Shown: positions 27,401 through 41,002 of the stretch, piece by piece
Layout: each line of letters starts with the position of its first letter
Numbering within the stretch: position 1 is the stretch's first letter
From: Bigelowiella natans CCMP2755
Lineage: Eukaryota > Protista > Cercozoa
NCBI GenBank assembly: GCA_000320545.1
Contig: ADNK01003043.1
Location: 1 to 56,334 of the forward strand
DNA length: 56,334 nucleotides
Direction of reading: 5' to 3'
Program-made: the position numbers and the translations under genes
The notes under the pieces: model-generated
The model's database searches: none
Seen by the model: only the letters and a program-made list of their open reading frames with translations
What the model was told of the DNA's origin: nothing

Positions 27401-28336
27401 AAGGGGGAGCACTCACCACTCCATCCTGTGTTGCAGACGCAGTTGTCAGGAGAGACACAGTTTCCTCGCACACAACCGTATCTTCGGCAGTATGCTTTCG
27501 AGCAATCATGCCCTTTCCAACCGTTGATGCAAGTGCCTACGGGTTGTAACAGGCAAAGGGGGCGGAGGGGACACGGATAAAAGTGAAAGACAAGCTCAAA
27601 TACGTTCGCGCTTATATTAGCGCGCTGCCTAAGTTTCTCTCACACACAAACATACACGTTCGCTGCCCTCGACTCCCCCCTCCTTCCGTCCCCTCCCCAT
27701 CCCCTTACATGTATTGATGTCCGTGCAGTATCCCCCATTCACGCAGGTTTGCGCGCACGCCGAAACGCAGGTGTCGGGCGCTACGCACAGCTGCCCCAAC
27801 CCACACACTGGGTTGTCGCATATCTACCCGTGGAGAACATGGAGAGGTACAGACAAAAGAACTCCAATTAAGAACCGCGAAGTTGCTTCTTGCATTCAAC
27901 GACGGGGGGTAAGAAGAGGGGGGGAGGGGCGAAGCGACACAATGAGTTGTTGGTAGGAAGAAACAATGCCCTTACCGGAATGGTGCAGTTAGTGCCCACA
28001 TAGTTTGCGGTACATGTACAATTGTCCGGACTGGAGCACACGCCTGAGGAGGGGAGACAAACACGCGCTCGTTCGTGTATTCAAAGAAAAATAATACCTT
28101 CATCCTCCCTCCCCCCTCCCCCGCCCTCCGCAGTGGATATGCGCGCCGTTGTACCTCCGTTGAAGCACTTGTACTTCCGACAAACAGGAGTCTGACATTG
28201 GGGGCCTTGCCATCGGCTCGTGCACGTGCACGTGTTTGGGAGCGTGCAGTTACCTGGAGGGGGTGGGAAAGGAACATGCTCAGAGGATGGATACGAACAG
28301 CACTGTTGATGTACTCGAGGTGGCGGAGCGCGCGCG

Positions 28337-28380
<44 letters not shown>

Positions 28381-29320
28381 GGACGCACCGTTATTGTAGC
28401 AAGGAAAGTTGCAAATTGGAGTCTCGCACAATGGCCCAGTCCACCCAGGAGCGCAGCTACACGTGTCTGGCCCCACGCAAGTTCCTGTGGGCGGTTGATA
28501 TCAAACGACGTGAGTGGAGAATAGCAGGAGAGAGATTGGGTGTGCTGCTGATGTGCAGTGAAAGTGCCATTGATCGCGAAAATAGGCCTTATCTCCTCCC
28601 CCCTAACGTCATCGTTCGTGCCCTCATGTCTATTGTGCGGACCTCCATTTTGGCATTGTTGTGTGCAGATCGGAATTTGGCAGGCCACTCCCTCCCAACC
28701 TGCAGGAAGAATCGGTTAGGTTCTCACAGCTCACATCACACGCCACACACGCCACACACACACACACACACACAAACACGCGCGCGCGCGCGCGCACATT
28801 CACTCACATACATTGAGGCAACAAGGCAGGTGTGCTAGATGGAAGTTAAGACTTACCGGGAGCTTGGGTGCAGTTGCATTGGTCGGGCGCCATACAGGTT
28901 GAGCCTACGATGATGATGATGATGATGGTGGTGGCAAAACGGATTGTGCGAACAGCAATTATAGGGGCGGGGGTGGAGCAAACGCAGAATAAATTGTACA
29001 GAATTCTCAGTAATCCCCGTCCCATTTTCATGTTTCAAGCAAGATTTTATTTTAAACGTGATGATATTACCGTGCTGACAAGGCATATTGCACACGGGGG
29101 CTTCGCACTGAGGGCCCTGCCATTGTGGAGGGCAAGTGCAGGTATCTGGAGCGCCACAGACTGAGCCTGGGAACATCCAGAAAAGCACACAGAAGAGAAC
29201 GAGAAGAACAACGGGTTTCAATATAGAGCCACAATTATATCTTCGATTGGCTCGAACGCGTGTGTGCTTGTGTGTGTGTGTGTATGTGACAAAGTGAGAG
29301 AGTGAGAGTGAGAGAGAAAT

Positions 29321-29365
<45 letters not shown>

Positions 29366-30157
29366 AGAGGAGAAGTTAATGCAAAGCTGATAATTAAGAT
29401 AGCGGCGAGTGATATCATTTGTTGTCTTTGTTGGCTGTGATTTTGTAGGCCAAACCGTGGTAGCACGCAAAATTGCAGATGGCGAACGAGCAGTCAGCGT
29501 CGCCCCATCCATGAGTGCAGTTGCAGGTGTTGGGAGCTGTTCACGGACACGAGAACGAAGCACACAAAACACATCGCATTGTCAGGCCTTACACGATTTA
29601 CAATATCATATTTATATCGATCTCTCGCTTTGAAGATGTGAGCAAACACAAGCCGTTTTTTTTGTGAGATTACCGACGCACACTCCGTTGGCACACGTGG
29701 GATTGCAAATGGGCGTCGCGCATCCCGGTCCTGTGTAGCCGGCAGGGCACTCGCATCGATTCGGTGCGGTGCAAATCTTACCTCCGGTGCACGTGGGAGA
29801 ACATTGCTGAAAGGGAAATAAAGGGGGTCATAAGTACCGCAAGCTCTTGGCTGCTCTCCTTTTTTCCCCATTCCAGAAAGCAGCGATCGATCCAACGAAC
29901 GCATGCCACTGGGGGGGTAAAGGTTTTCCTTTTCGATTCGCGTTTCTAGCGCGCGCTCTCTCTCTCTCTCGCTCTCTTACCCACCCCTCTCATTGCGCGC
30001 TATAGATGGATCTTCGCACTACTAGTTTATAGCTACTGCTTACTACCGGGACGGAGCAGTCCTTCCCGGTGTACCCAGGGGCTGTCGTGCAATCGCCTAG
30101 GCCGTTGGAAATGGAGGGAGAACCAAACGACACCCGAATTAGTTGAAGTGCGAAAAC

Positions 30158-30203
<46 letters not shown>

Positions 30204-32861
30204 GGGAAAGAGAGATACGGACACACAGAGAGAGGGGGGGGTTCGAAAACGAATCAGCTGTCGCACATTTATCTGTCTCCTTGCAGACTCCGCCGTTCTG
30301 GCAACTCTTCGCGCACAACGCGGTGGCGGCCTTGATGCGGTGGTGGTTGGTATCGGAAATAAAGAACCAGGTCGTCTGCGAGGGGTTCGCCGTCCCCCAC
30401 ACCCCGCTTGCTTGATCGAGTGTGGCAATGCTGGTGTGCCCATCTACATTGGCAGGTTCAGGATCGCCCGTCCCCACGAGCGTTTCTACATAGCCAGAGG
30501 CGACGTTGACGTAGCGTAGCAGAGAGTGCGACTTGTCGCTGATGTACACAGTGCCTTCCGGAGCAACCCAAAGGCCGCGTGGGTCGAAGAAACGCGCAGA
30601 GCTGAGTGCGCCATCCGCCCAACCGTTCTGGACCGTTCCCGCAATGGTCGATATAACATTGCCCTGCGAGAAGGAAAATGAAAATTGGAAGGGAGACGAA
30701 GAGAACAGAAGAGAAGAGAAGAGGAGAGCGTGTGGATGAATCCTGATACAAATTCCAGCACATCTGCTAGCCGAGCTCTAAAATCTATACATTGGCGAAT
30801 TGCACGCCCCCACATAAAGTGTACGATGTGGAAGAGGGGATTTTTTGCTGACGAACCTCGATCTTACGCAGCGAGTGCGCCTGGACGAAGTATATCTTAT
30901 TGCCGAACGCGTACATCTCCGAAGGGTACGTCAGTGTCGCAGTCGCTGAGGGAAACAAATATGCGGCAAATTAGAAAGGCCCTTGCTTCATCGCTAAAAC
31001 ATGACAAGTGAGGTAAGGTAAGGTGCGCGAACGCGATCACTCTTCTACCACACCCCAACCCCAGTGAATTCTGTATATTGCGTTATTGAAAACAACCTAA
31101 TGGCCCATCAGCACCACCCGGGTTCGAAACGCTGCTTGCAATCTGGTAGGATTTGTATGTTAGAAGAAGAGGTGGTGGTTAGCCTTGTGCGGAGTAGGAA
31201 CAATAAGCTCTGCTCCCAGAATCCTTCTGTCTATATCGGTACCGTGGAAACAATTCCTCCGTCTATCCTGCGGATCGCGTGGTTGTGTCGGTCTGTTTAA
31301 GAAGAAAGTGTCATCAGCGAAGAGTGTGCCGAGTGGCTATAAACTCTGGTGCAAAAAAGCGAGGTTGATCTCGAACATCGCAGAGATTAAATTGCGCACT
31401 AACCTGCCACGAGATAGCCCTGGAGACCTGCGACTGTGGAGAACGTGACTCCTGGAATTAAGTAGAAATGGAGAAAGTTAATTCCTAGCGTCTCATAGTT
31501 ACTCATTTACGTTGAATCCTATCTTACCCCATGGATTCCTGAACTGCGCGATTGCGACTGAGAGTCATTAAAAGGGTGAGGAGCCATAGGGCGATGTGTG
31601 TTTGTTTGTGTGTGTGTGTGTGTGTGTGAGGAAGAGGAAGGGAGAGAGAGAGAGAGATAGAGAGGGGGGGGGGAGGGAGAGTGGAGAATGGTAGTTGCAG
31701 CAATTTTACCAGCGCCATCTGTAAATCCTTCTTCTCCTGCCTTTCCACCCAAGGTAATTACCTTGATTAAAGTAATCGAACATACTGAGTTTCCGAAAGT
31801 CGTGTCAAAAGATTGCATAGACTGTACCTCTCCAGTGCCTGTGTGGATCTGGCGCACCAGATGGTTCTCGCTGAGAAAACAAGTGCAAGGTGAGGAGGAC
31901 GTTGGGCACATTCGCCACGGGGCAAAACAACAGAAGGATGCACGAAGAAGATGTAATCGTTAGCCGCATCGCTCGGCGAGGCCGAAGAAATCATCGAAAT
32001 CAATGATAACTGAAGCACTAAGGGCTATGGTAGTTACCTGTCCGCTACGAATAGCAACGGGAGGCCCGTTATTATCGAGAGACCACGTGGCATATAGAAC
32101 CTAAAATAGCATGAGTTTGTTCATATCTATGAATTCTATGGTATCTATTGGTTTTGGGTAACCTGGAATCTAGTCGGGGCCCATCCACAGCTCCATTGCC
32201 GACAGGAGCGGGAGCGCACAGCCCTGAAGTAAGGTTAGCTCGTGAGCATAGTCGTCAATATGTATTTTCTCATGGAGGGTATATCGCACACTAATCTTTT
32301 CATGATTTTTCATTTCTGTCGCACATGAACATGCCCGCGCACCCACCTGCGTATGTCTGAACTTGGGGGGACGTGGTCGTATAGCCCGTCATTAATCGGA
32401 TACAGTTATTGTTCCTGGAATCAAAAATCCGATGCAAAGAAGAAGGATGAGGATCTCAAGACAACCAGGAGGAATAAATTCCGTAGCATTTTCATCTTCA
32501 CTAACGTTTTGTGTTTATACTAGGACGGCGACTTACGTGTCCGAGATGAAAAGATGAGCTCCATCCCCTACTATGCCTACCGAGTTCAGATACGAAATTT
32601 AAGACGGATGCGAGCGTGTTCGAAAGGGAATGAAGGGAAATTTCTAAAAAGCACGCTGAGGAGGACACAAGGATAGATTTACTGACTTCCTGGGTTACGG
32701 AAAGTTGACGTTGGGCCGGGGCCGTTTGCATTCCCAGCGGTGTCACTGCCAGCTATCGTCCATACTCTTCCTTCTGTTATAACACTACCCTCTACCACTT
32801 TCCAAGTGGTGGTAATGATAGATGTAAGGAAGAGGGCTAACAATCCCCGTATCCGCAGCAT
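24432..32861 (-). CDS. Type I membrane protein: signal peptide + NHL-repeat beta-propeller + about 10 EGF-like repeats + TM + acidic Ser-rich tail; more than 25 exons
   Basis: MLRIRGLLALFLTS signal. NHL pieces: VWTIAGSDTAGNANG, VITLGGKAGEEGFTDG, YISDKSHSLLRYVNVASGYVETLVG, FFISDTNHHRIK. Repeated CxNGGxCxxPxxCxCxxGWxGxxC. TM SVFPIILIGAIIIGMWLCW followed by RARR (about 25970-26180). Tail ends SDSESSSSD* at 24432. Confidence 0.88.
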
Positions 32862-33170
32862 ACTTGTAACAATAATATAGAAGCGGAGGCCTGATCATAA
32901 CATGGTTTTCGCATTTGCGTCATTTGCTTCTTGAAAAGATGGTTCTTTGATGTTTTTTTCTGCGGACGAAACCTTCCTAGAGCTGAAGGCTTCCTCTAAC
33001 CTTGAAGCAAACTCGAGCCGTCTGAATATATGTAAGTGTTTGAGCTATGTGGGAGTGAGGAATGTGCGTATATCGTTGCATGAATCCGCCAAAAAATGAA
33101 GTTGCCCAATCTTACCAACACCGCCTCTTATTCTCTTCTCTTTACTGAATGATACAAAACGGAAAGGGTC

Positions 33171-34675
33171 ATGAGAGACTCAATACCCAAGACTCCTGTA
33201 GTCTGGGGCGAGCAAAGTAGAAGGCTTCCTGCGTCGGGGGGGGAGAACCTTGAAAGGTTTACAGGGCGCGACACATGCGGTTACGTTTCGCTTGTAACTG
33301 CCAGACCAAATACGAAAAAATGTCCTATATTTAAATCAAAACCATATTAAATCGATTGTCTCACCCTAGAATGCCATTGATAGAATTTGTGGACTGAACT
33401 TCACTGCTGAACAGATGCCGTCCACAGAAGAGCGACAAAGAAAGGAATTGCTGGCAGAGGAGGGCTTTCCCCTTGAAGAGGAAGGAAAGTCTTGCATGCG
33501 ACAACCTAATTAGCTCATATCCTTTGAAGTTGATATTTTTTTTGAAAACAGGGAAATCCTGAAATTACCTCGGTTTCTCTAGGACGACAGCTCTGACACC
33601 CTTTGTTATCGGATAGGTCAGATGCCCACATCGCGGATATAAAAGCCAGAGAACGTAAGAGAACGGAAGGTCTGTCACTCCGCCACATTCGCATTCGCAG
33701 ATTTGCATCATGAATACGTGCAGCAGGGAGTTGAGTATAGTTTCCCTTTCATTCAATTGATTCCCAATCGTGCTGCGTGACCATGCTTAAAAACATCATC
33801 TCGAACAGGCTTTCAGTGGAATTTGGCAACCCTGAGTTGACTGACACCGACGACCAAGATTTCGAGGAAGAGGCTGACGTCATAACGAACATGGACGGAA
33901 AAGCGGTCCAGCTTGCAATTGAACTTCTAGCTCACGGTTATGCAAAACGGCATGTTTCAGGTTGGAACGCATCATCCTTAAAATCGAGTCGCAGTGAAAG
34001 TGTTGTTGACTCTTTCCATGTGGATCAAAATCTGAGCAATTCCACTATAGAGGGGTCTTAATTTTGTTTTTTGGGCCTTGGTGCTGATAAAAACCAGGAA
34101 ATTTCAACTTCAAAGTCACCGGAGCAAAGATCAATGTGAGCGATGACAGGGTTTTGAGCGCCGCCTGCCAGCTTACGTTTACAGTGCCTCCCGAAGCATG
34201 CAACACATCGGGGGCCATGTTCGGAGGTAATGTTCCCTGCATCACCGATATTATCACAACATGCTTACTTATAGCCGCGGATATTAAGTCCAAAGGGGAG
34301 TGGGTGTACTCTACTACAATGGCGCTCAATTCAGAGTTCGTGCGCCCATCGCGCGCAGATGAAGAAGTTATCATGCAGACTGGCATCGAGAAATATGGGA
34401 AGATGATGATATTCACCTATGCCGATTACTTTCTGAAGGACGAGGACGATAAGCCCAACCCTCTGACAGGACTCTACGATTGCAACCTTGGCAAGCTTCT
34501 CTATCGAACTCGACACCAGAAGTATGTCACTAAGCTCCGCCTTCGGAGAGAGATGATTCCAACGAACCGAGCTAGGGCAATTTGGGATGAGTTGCTGGTT
34601 ATGCTCGGCAAATCTAAAGGATTGCCCGTGGAAGCGAAGAACGATAATAGCACTATGCTTCGCTCGAAACTCTAA
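33171..34675 (+). CDS. Hotdog-fold acyl-CoA thioesterase (PaaI/ACOT13-like) with C-terminal SKL (PTS1); middle exons uncertain
   Basis: Last exon from 34098: FTVPPEACNTSGAMFGGNVPCITD..STTMALNSEFVRP..IEKYGKMMIF, ending RSKL*. Upstream exons MRDSIPK..GY|NAIDRICG from 33171. Confidence 0.75.
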
Positions 34676-35547
34676 TATTGGTCATACTAGAATTGGCTGA
34701 CCATTCCACAATAGACACTACGTATATACTACTTTACAGCATAAGCATTTACTGTATACTGTGCCTACAGTTTCCACGAATGCGCGGCGAATATAATCAA
34801 GATTTAAAGAACTGACCTTCCACTAGCTATATGAAACTTTAACTTGTGCTATATTTACTAAAATAAATCTCTCGATCAATAAATAACGGAGCCAGCAACG
34901 GTAGCTGCTGTACGTGGCTGGCATTTTATTGTTTTATACTGCTCTCCAAAAAGGCTTATATTCTTTATTATAGAGAGACCTATCTAGCTATATATTATGC
35001 GCGTGACTAACTACTCTTGTTTTGCGCACTTTACAATTTTGGTGATTCCATGAGCTATATCACCCGCGTAAATGAGCACATCGCAACATATGCATCATTG
35101 CACATGTTTTCATCAATAAAGGGCATCTAGCTATGCTAGTATGCTATGCCTGATGACTCTGGGACTGCACACATGCACCGCATCGTTGAAGCTACTCATT
35201 AGAGAGGGTTAGGCATGCTCCATGCACACGCTACATCTAATCAGTAATGTCGTATGTATGATTTGATCCATCCGCGCATATATGATCACCAAACGCGTAT
35301 CCATAACTCATAATGACTAGATGAGACAAATTTGGACGAGTTGAAAAATTTAGAAGCTTTTTGATGTAATAATTCTGAATTGTTCACCGCTCGAGACTGA
35401 TGAATATTGGGTCCTGACATTCAGTTGACAAACTGCTCCATTTACCGTTGACGACACTATAAATTGCCCATACTTTCAGGATAAAATGCAATCTGTAGGG
35501 TGCATTAAATAAGATGGGCCCTTTGGCTCTCGGCTAATCTCCGAGCT

Positions 35548-36152
35548 TTACCTCCTCTCTTCAAGAAGCTTTATGCGCTTATCGAATTGGATCAAAATTT
35601 GCATCATCTGGTATAAAAATTATCAGGGTCGAAAACACGGACCATTCTACGCGTGAGCGGCAAGATTCAGGTGGTTTTAAAAGTTTGAACGCATACCTGG
35701 GTGTGCCGCACCCGGAGACGTTGTAGAATTCCAAAGGATTCAAGTGGACTGTTTTCGGCCATTTCCTCCAGTCTTCCGACCTCATAACTGACGGTGAAAT
35801 AGGAATTGTGATCTTTTTATAAGGTAATATCAGAGGGAAGAGACCTTTCTAGGGCACTAACATTGAAGCAGTAACGCGATCTGAAATAAATATTATAGAG
35901 GAAACATTGGTATTTTGTTCCAAAGTGGTGAGTGCAGCAGCCAATAACCTTGCGGAGTCTAATTGCTGAGGCGTGGTCAAGTATTGCTTGCCGAGGTCGC
36001 AATCGCACGCTTCGCACACCAACTTCTTGTAGGTGCTGTGTATGGATGGTAGAAGCAACACTCTTACTAACTTGCAAATATGGCTGTTTTAGCTAATACA
36101 TAATGTTGAAAAACATGTTTAGTTATGAAAAAAGTATGCGGTATAAAATATT

Positions 36153-36237
<85 letters not shown>

Positions 36238-36874
36238 AACTGGTGCAATAAAAGAAGATCCAATGAATTGGATGAAGTGAACATAGAGCAAGTCCGCGCG
36301 CAGCGATGCGTTAACACCTTCCGTATTCCTTCGAGCTCCTCGAAACTAAAATTTTGTCCGTCACCCGTACCCCTCGCGCAGCTGAGAAAGGCATGTAGAA
36401 GCGGCTCAGTGCCGCCATTGGACACCAAGATATGGTGGCTGCTGGAGGAGGAGAAGGAGGGGGGAGAAGGAGGAGGAGGAGGAGATGCAAAACCTTTAAA
36501 GGTAATCGTCTTGGAGTCCTCGTCCATTTCCACAAGGTAATTGCTATCCGTTAAGATCCTGCGGCACTTGTGGCACTGGGGAACGAACACGAATCAAGAG
36601 GTGTGAACGTGCGTGTTTGCAAGAAAAGAGCGAGTAATCTTCCAAATGCAAACCTGGAAAACGATGACGTTTTTAACTTCATCGACCCTGCTAGCGGAGC
36701 CCTGGGACGACTGTTGAATAGTTGAACCATCATCATTTCCATCTCAGCACCACCGGCATTGCGTGATACGAGGGCGACAGGCATGCTCGGGGAGGGGCAA
36801 GCAAGGAGAGCGATCGCAACAGGAACAAAGTCGAGAATGACCGTGCGTGCCCTCTTGCTGCTTTTGGTCGCCAT
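35548..36874 (-). CDS. MIS18: Mis18-like (Yippee/Mis18 zinc-binding) centromere protein
   Basis: Spliced IVFQ|CHKCRRILTDS..TITFK|AARGV..YGS|TYKKLVCEACDCDLGKQYLTTPQQLDSAR|SRYCF..LES|YEVG. Two CxxC motifs plus a C-terminal coiled coil MMQILIQFDKRIKLLEE. Confidence 0.85.
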
Positions 36875-37138
36875 TTTTGGAGAAGAGGCGAAGAAGAAAT
36901 GAGCTCGTCGGTTGCTCCCCCCTCCTGCTTTGACGTATCGTACAACCCGAGCCGGGAGGAACTGGAAGATGTCAGTCGTTGTTTAATGGTGTAGGCATCC
37001 CGTTTTTATCATTGCGACAACAAATTTCGGTAATATATTATTAAAAACCGCATGAATTTAGATAAATTTCCGTGTTCCAGCTGCCTCCTGGTTGCTGAAA
37101 CTGATCTGGAAACTGATCGGAGGGCGACCGGCGGAGGG

Positions 37139-37225
37139 ATGGGGGAACGTCTCGGAGGGTGTAGGACTCTCCTGTTGAGCAGCAAGTACAAACAGGAGGG
37201 AGATCGTGGAGGGGATCCATATCAT

Positions 37226-37283
<58 letters not shown>

Positions 37284-37624
37284 GTGTTGAAATGCTAAGA
37301 GTGTGTTGCACTCTGCACGAATGGCGCTCTGGAGGGGAGCGCGACGAGGGCTCTGATCATCACCGGTGGAGCTTTTATGGGAACTGCGTGAAAATATCAG
37401 CGCGAACGATGGGCTATTACGGTCGCCGTGTGAAGTGGGTACATGCAGTCCTGAAGCAATCTTCAGAAACGGAGGGGGGATGCAACAATATACTGATTCG
37501 AGGCGGTAAGTATGGAAATCAGCGGGTTCTACTTGGCTGCGAAAGCGAACGTTTTGCTGCCGCATGAATTTTAGTGCTTAAATTCCGATTTCACTCCATC
37601 GTATCGAGAGTTCTGGCTCTTTGA
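37139..37624 (+). CDS. Possible small hypothetical gene
   Basis: Exon-like MGYYGRRVKWVHAVLKQ...RG followed by a GTAAGT donor and a TTTTAG acceptor; head-to-head with Mis18. No homology recognised and strand uncertain. Confidence 0.2.
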
Positions 37625-38680
37625 CGGGGCCGCAAGGTTGAGGCTTAACTGTAGGTTCTCCTACCAAATGTGGAGTTGTATGTCCCACGTTATAACAATT
37701 AGAATGCCATATATTTAGCCTTATTGGACGAATGAATACCCGGAAATTAATCTGTGTATTCGTGCAAAAATTATGACTGGGTTCCCGAGACTGCAATGCT
37801 GGAGGGTTTGTTAATTTAAAATTTTTCCATGTTGTGTTTACAGGTTAGCTGTGCGGCAAAGTGCCAAGATGCTATGTGAAGCTACAGCTTGCAAGTTGGT
37901 ACATGTCGAAGCAGCAAATCCAGCACACCATCGTGCGTTGCTATGGTAATGATTTACATGATAAAAATGGTGACAATGATGAGAATGGAACGTCTGTGAA
38001 TGAAAGAATGGCATTACCTAGTGAACCAAAGTCCCAGGCGCATCAGAGCGTTGCCATTGATTGGCCCCATCAACATCATCTCATCAAGCAAAAAGACACG
38101 CACACTGGTGCGCATGAAGATGCATGTTGATATAGCGTTGCTTGTCTATGACGTACTGGCACGTGCGCACGAACAAGCGTGACATTAGTCAACTTGCGCA
38201 ACAACTTTGCCATTGCTAGATTGGCTACATAAAGATTATGCGCTTTTACGCTACCTGCAGCTATGTTTCATTGACCATTCGCAACGACTTGCTCACTAAT
38301 CTCGTGCCATGTTGCCTAACGTGATTAGATAGCTGGTACGTAACAATGCCCGCGCATTGATGAGGCGCGCGAGTATTTGCGCGCAAGCTGCATGTCGCAC
38401 GCACTGTGCATGATGCTATCAAAATTGAATTGTGTTTTTAGAGCTCTTTATTGGATTATATGCTGTATAACTTCTGTTTCCCAATTAAAATATAGATGAT
38501 GATACGAAAACGCGTATATATTCCAAGGATCAACTTCATGGCTGTTCTATACTTTGGTTCTATTTAAATTGCGCATATGAAACCACACGATGAGTCCTTA
38601 GGTACTACGCACCACAGCTGGCAGCTCAAGCTTCTGGTACTAACACATATTTGTCATAATATCTACACATGTGGCAATCT

Positions 38681-39615
38681 TCATTGCCTTTCATGTTCGC
38701 TTTCGTCGCCGTCGTCATCATCTTCGTCATTGGAGCATAAAGCAAATCCATCCTTGGAGACAACGCCTGCTGGTTCCTTTCTCTCCTTAGCTTTCGACCC
38801 GTCTGTGTGGATTGGTCGGCAAGTTGCCTCCACTGCATCCTTCCCACCCGAAGCCTCATCGTCTTCGGCCGCGTTGTTCCTGGCATCATCCTTGCGGCGT
38901 CCATCCTCCGCAGACGGGTCAGAAGTGTCTTGGGGATTCCGTTCGAGGTTTGTCTTCGGCTGTTTGTCGAAGCTTTTGTGATCGTTCGACGGGCTGCTGT
39001 TCTGAAGTGAGCCTTCCTGGAAGAATGAGCTGGACGCAGTCGCTGGGCCGAATGACTGGAATATGTTTGCATTGCCACTGATCATGTCTGCGTCGTCGTG
39101 GCTACTCGGCTGTAGCGTGGCGTTGTTCTTGCCATTACTGTCAATACCCCTGGCATCTTCAACATTCAATAGCCTCTCATCATCGCCGCCCCCCATCTGG
39201 CCGACGAGTTGTTTGAGACCTGCTTCATTGCCTGAGAGAGACGGATATCACTGAGTCATATCAATGCGGAAGGAACTAGTATTGTGTTTACCGTGGTTGC
39301 TTTCGAGCGAATGTCGTCTCGAGGAGTAGTCTTCAGCGTCGTCAGCGTCAACAGCAAACAAAACAGGGCGGGACCACGTAGTCTTGCCTGATCAATAATG
39401 TTAAAATCCAATTAGTCATGATTTGGACAGGGAGAATGGAGTAGACGAAATCGGCCATTCGCCAGATTCGATTCCCCAGAAGTGTGCAAACATCTACCCG
39501 TTTTCAGGTTCCTGAAGTATTCGGCTTTGGTGTTATCATCAACATATCTTATCCATTCTGTTGCCTGGAAAATCGTTTTGACATAGCTTTATTTCATGCT
39601 ACACGTATGTGCGCG

Positions 39616-39648
<33 letters not shown>

Positions 39649-39666
39649 TGTGTGTGTATATGTAAA

Positions 39667-39709
<43 letters not shown>

Positions 39710-40375
39710 CGTGGAATCGTGCAGTGTTAGGAAATGCAGTATCACCTTCATCCTTTCCTTGATATCATCGTGGGTATCTTCTTGGTCTTCATCTTCATCG
39801 CCCGTCTTTGCTGAGAAAAAAACATATTCAAAAACACACTATACAACGTTGGGAAAGCATACCAGTGACTTCATCTTCCAGTGTAGTCTTATTGCTCTCG
39901 GGTAATTTGTTGCCAACGACAATAGGCGAGCGCGGCCGCTCCCATTTGGTCAAGCCTACAAAGTGAGGTAGAGGATCATTGAAAGCACAGTCGTATAGAT
40001 GGATCTAGTCTCGATCTCACCAGTGTCGGTATCAACATAATACGGCACGCCATCTTCCGTTGTGTACTGCACCCAATGTACATTTTTGTGCTTCTTTATC
40101 GTCGGGAACGTGGGCATGGGGAGAAGCTCTTCGTTGGAATCAGGGCTCATGGGATTGTTAACCTGCGTCATCCTAAAGTTCTGGGTCTGGTCATAAGAGG
40201 GCGGAGGAAGGCCCTCGAGCGTCCGCTCACTGCTGTTGATACGAGTCATCTTGTTTACAACACGTTGAAATCCGTCCTCGCACACGTCCGGGTCATCCTC
40301 TAGGCGCTGATGATTCGTCAGCTCGTCGCTGCAACAGCAGCACCCTTCGCAGAACGCGGCGGCAGTTTGTCCCAT
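38681..40375 (-). CDS. Protein with two WW domains and predicted N-terminal acylation; 6 exons
   Basis: MGQTAAAFCEGCCCC; WW1 WVQYTTEDGVPYYVDTDT|GLTKWERP; WW2 WIRYVDDNTKAEYFRNLKT|GKTTWSRP; acidic disordered tail. Confidence 0.88.
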
Positions 40376-40676
40376 CTATCCCCGTCCAGGCCTGCGAGTT
40401 TTTGGGCGTGTTGTTTCTCTCAGACGGGAAGGGAAGGTTGGGCATGCGAGGCAGTTAGTGCACGCGCTGCTGCTCGAGAAAAGAACGACGACAGAACACG
40501 TAGACGAAGGAAGGAAATATGCCGAAAAATGGGTGCGACAACACATTTCCTACGATTTCTAACGGAACAGGGCAGTCAAGATGTGTATTAGTACAGGCCT
40601 GTAGAAAATGGGAAATAAATCCCCTTTAGAACTAGAAGAAACCCTTCGGAGTTCGTAGTCGCCTGTTCGTGATGCC

Positions 40677-40968
40677 ATGCAATTTCCCTCGTTGGAATCG
40701 CTTCAATCGATTGTTTCGGGATGTAGATTTACGTGGTTTCTCAATCTGCGACAAAACATTTCCTCTCTGTGAGGACCCTTTTTCAGCCTGCGACATTCCC
40801 GGCACACATGTGCGACAACGGCAGGGTGTGAGCGAGTACGAAGTAGGAAATTTCCGAAGCAATGCATACCAATCTGTAAATTGTGATTGCAGGAAGATAA
40901 AAGCTTCGTGGACGACGTTACGAGTTCCAATGGGCCTCTGCGCGTCTAGGGAAGCGGTGCCAGTAAAG

Positions 40969-41002
<34 letters not shown>

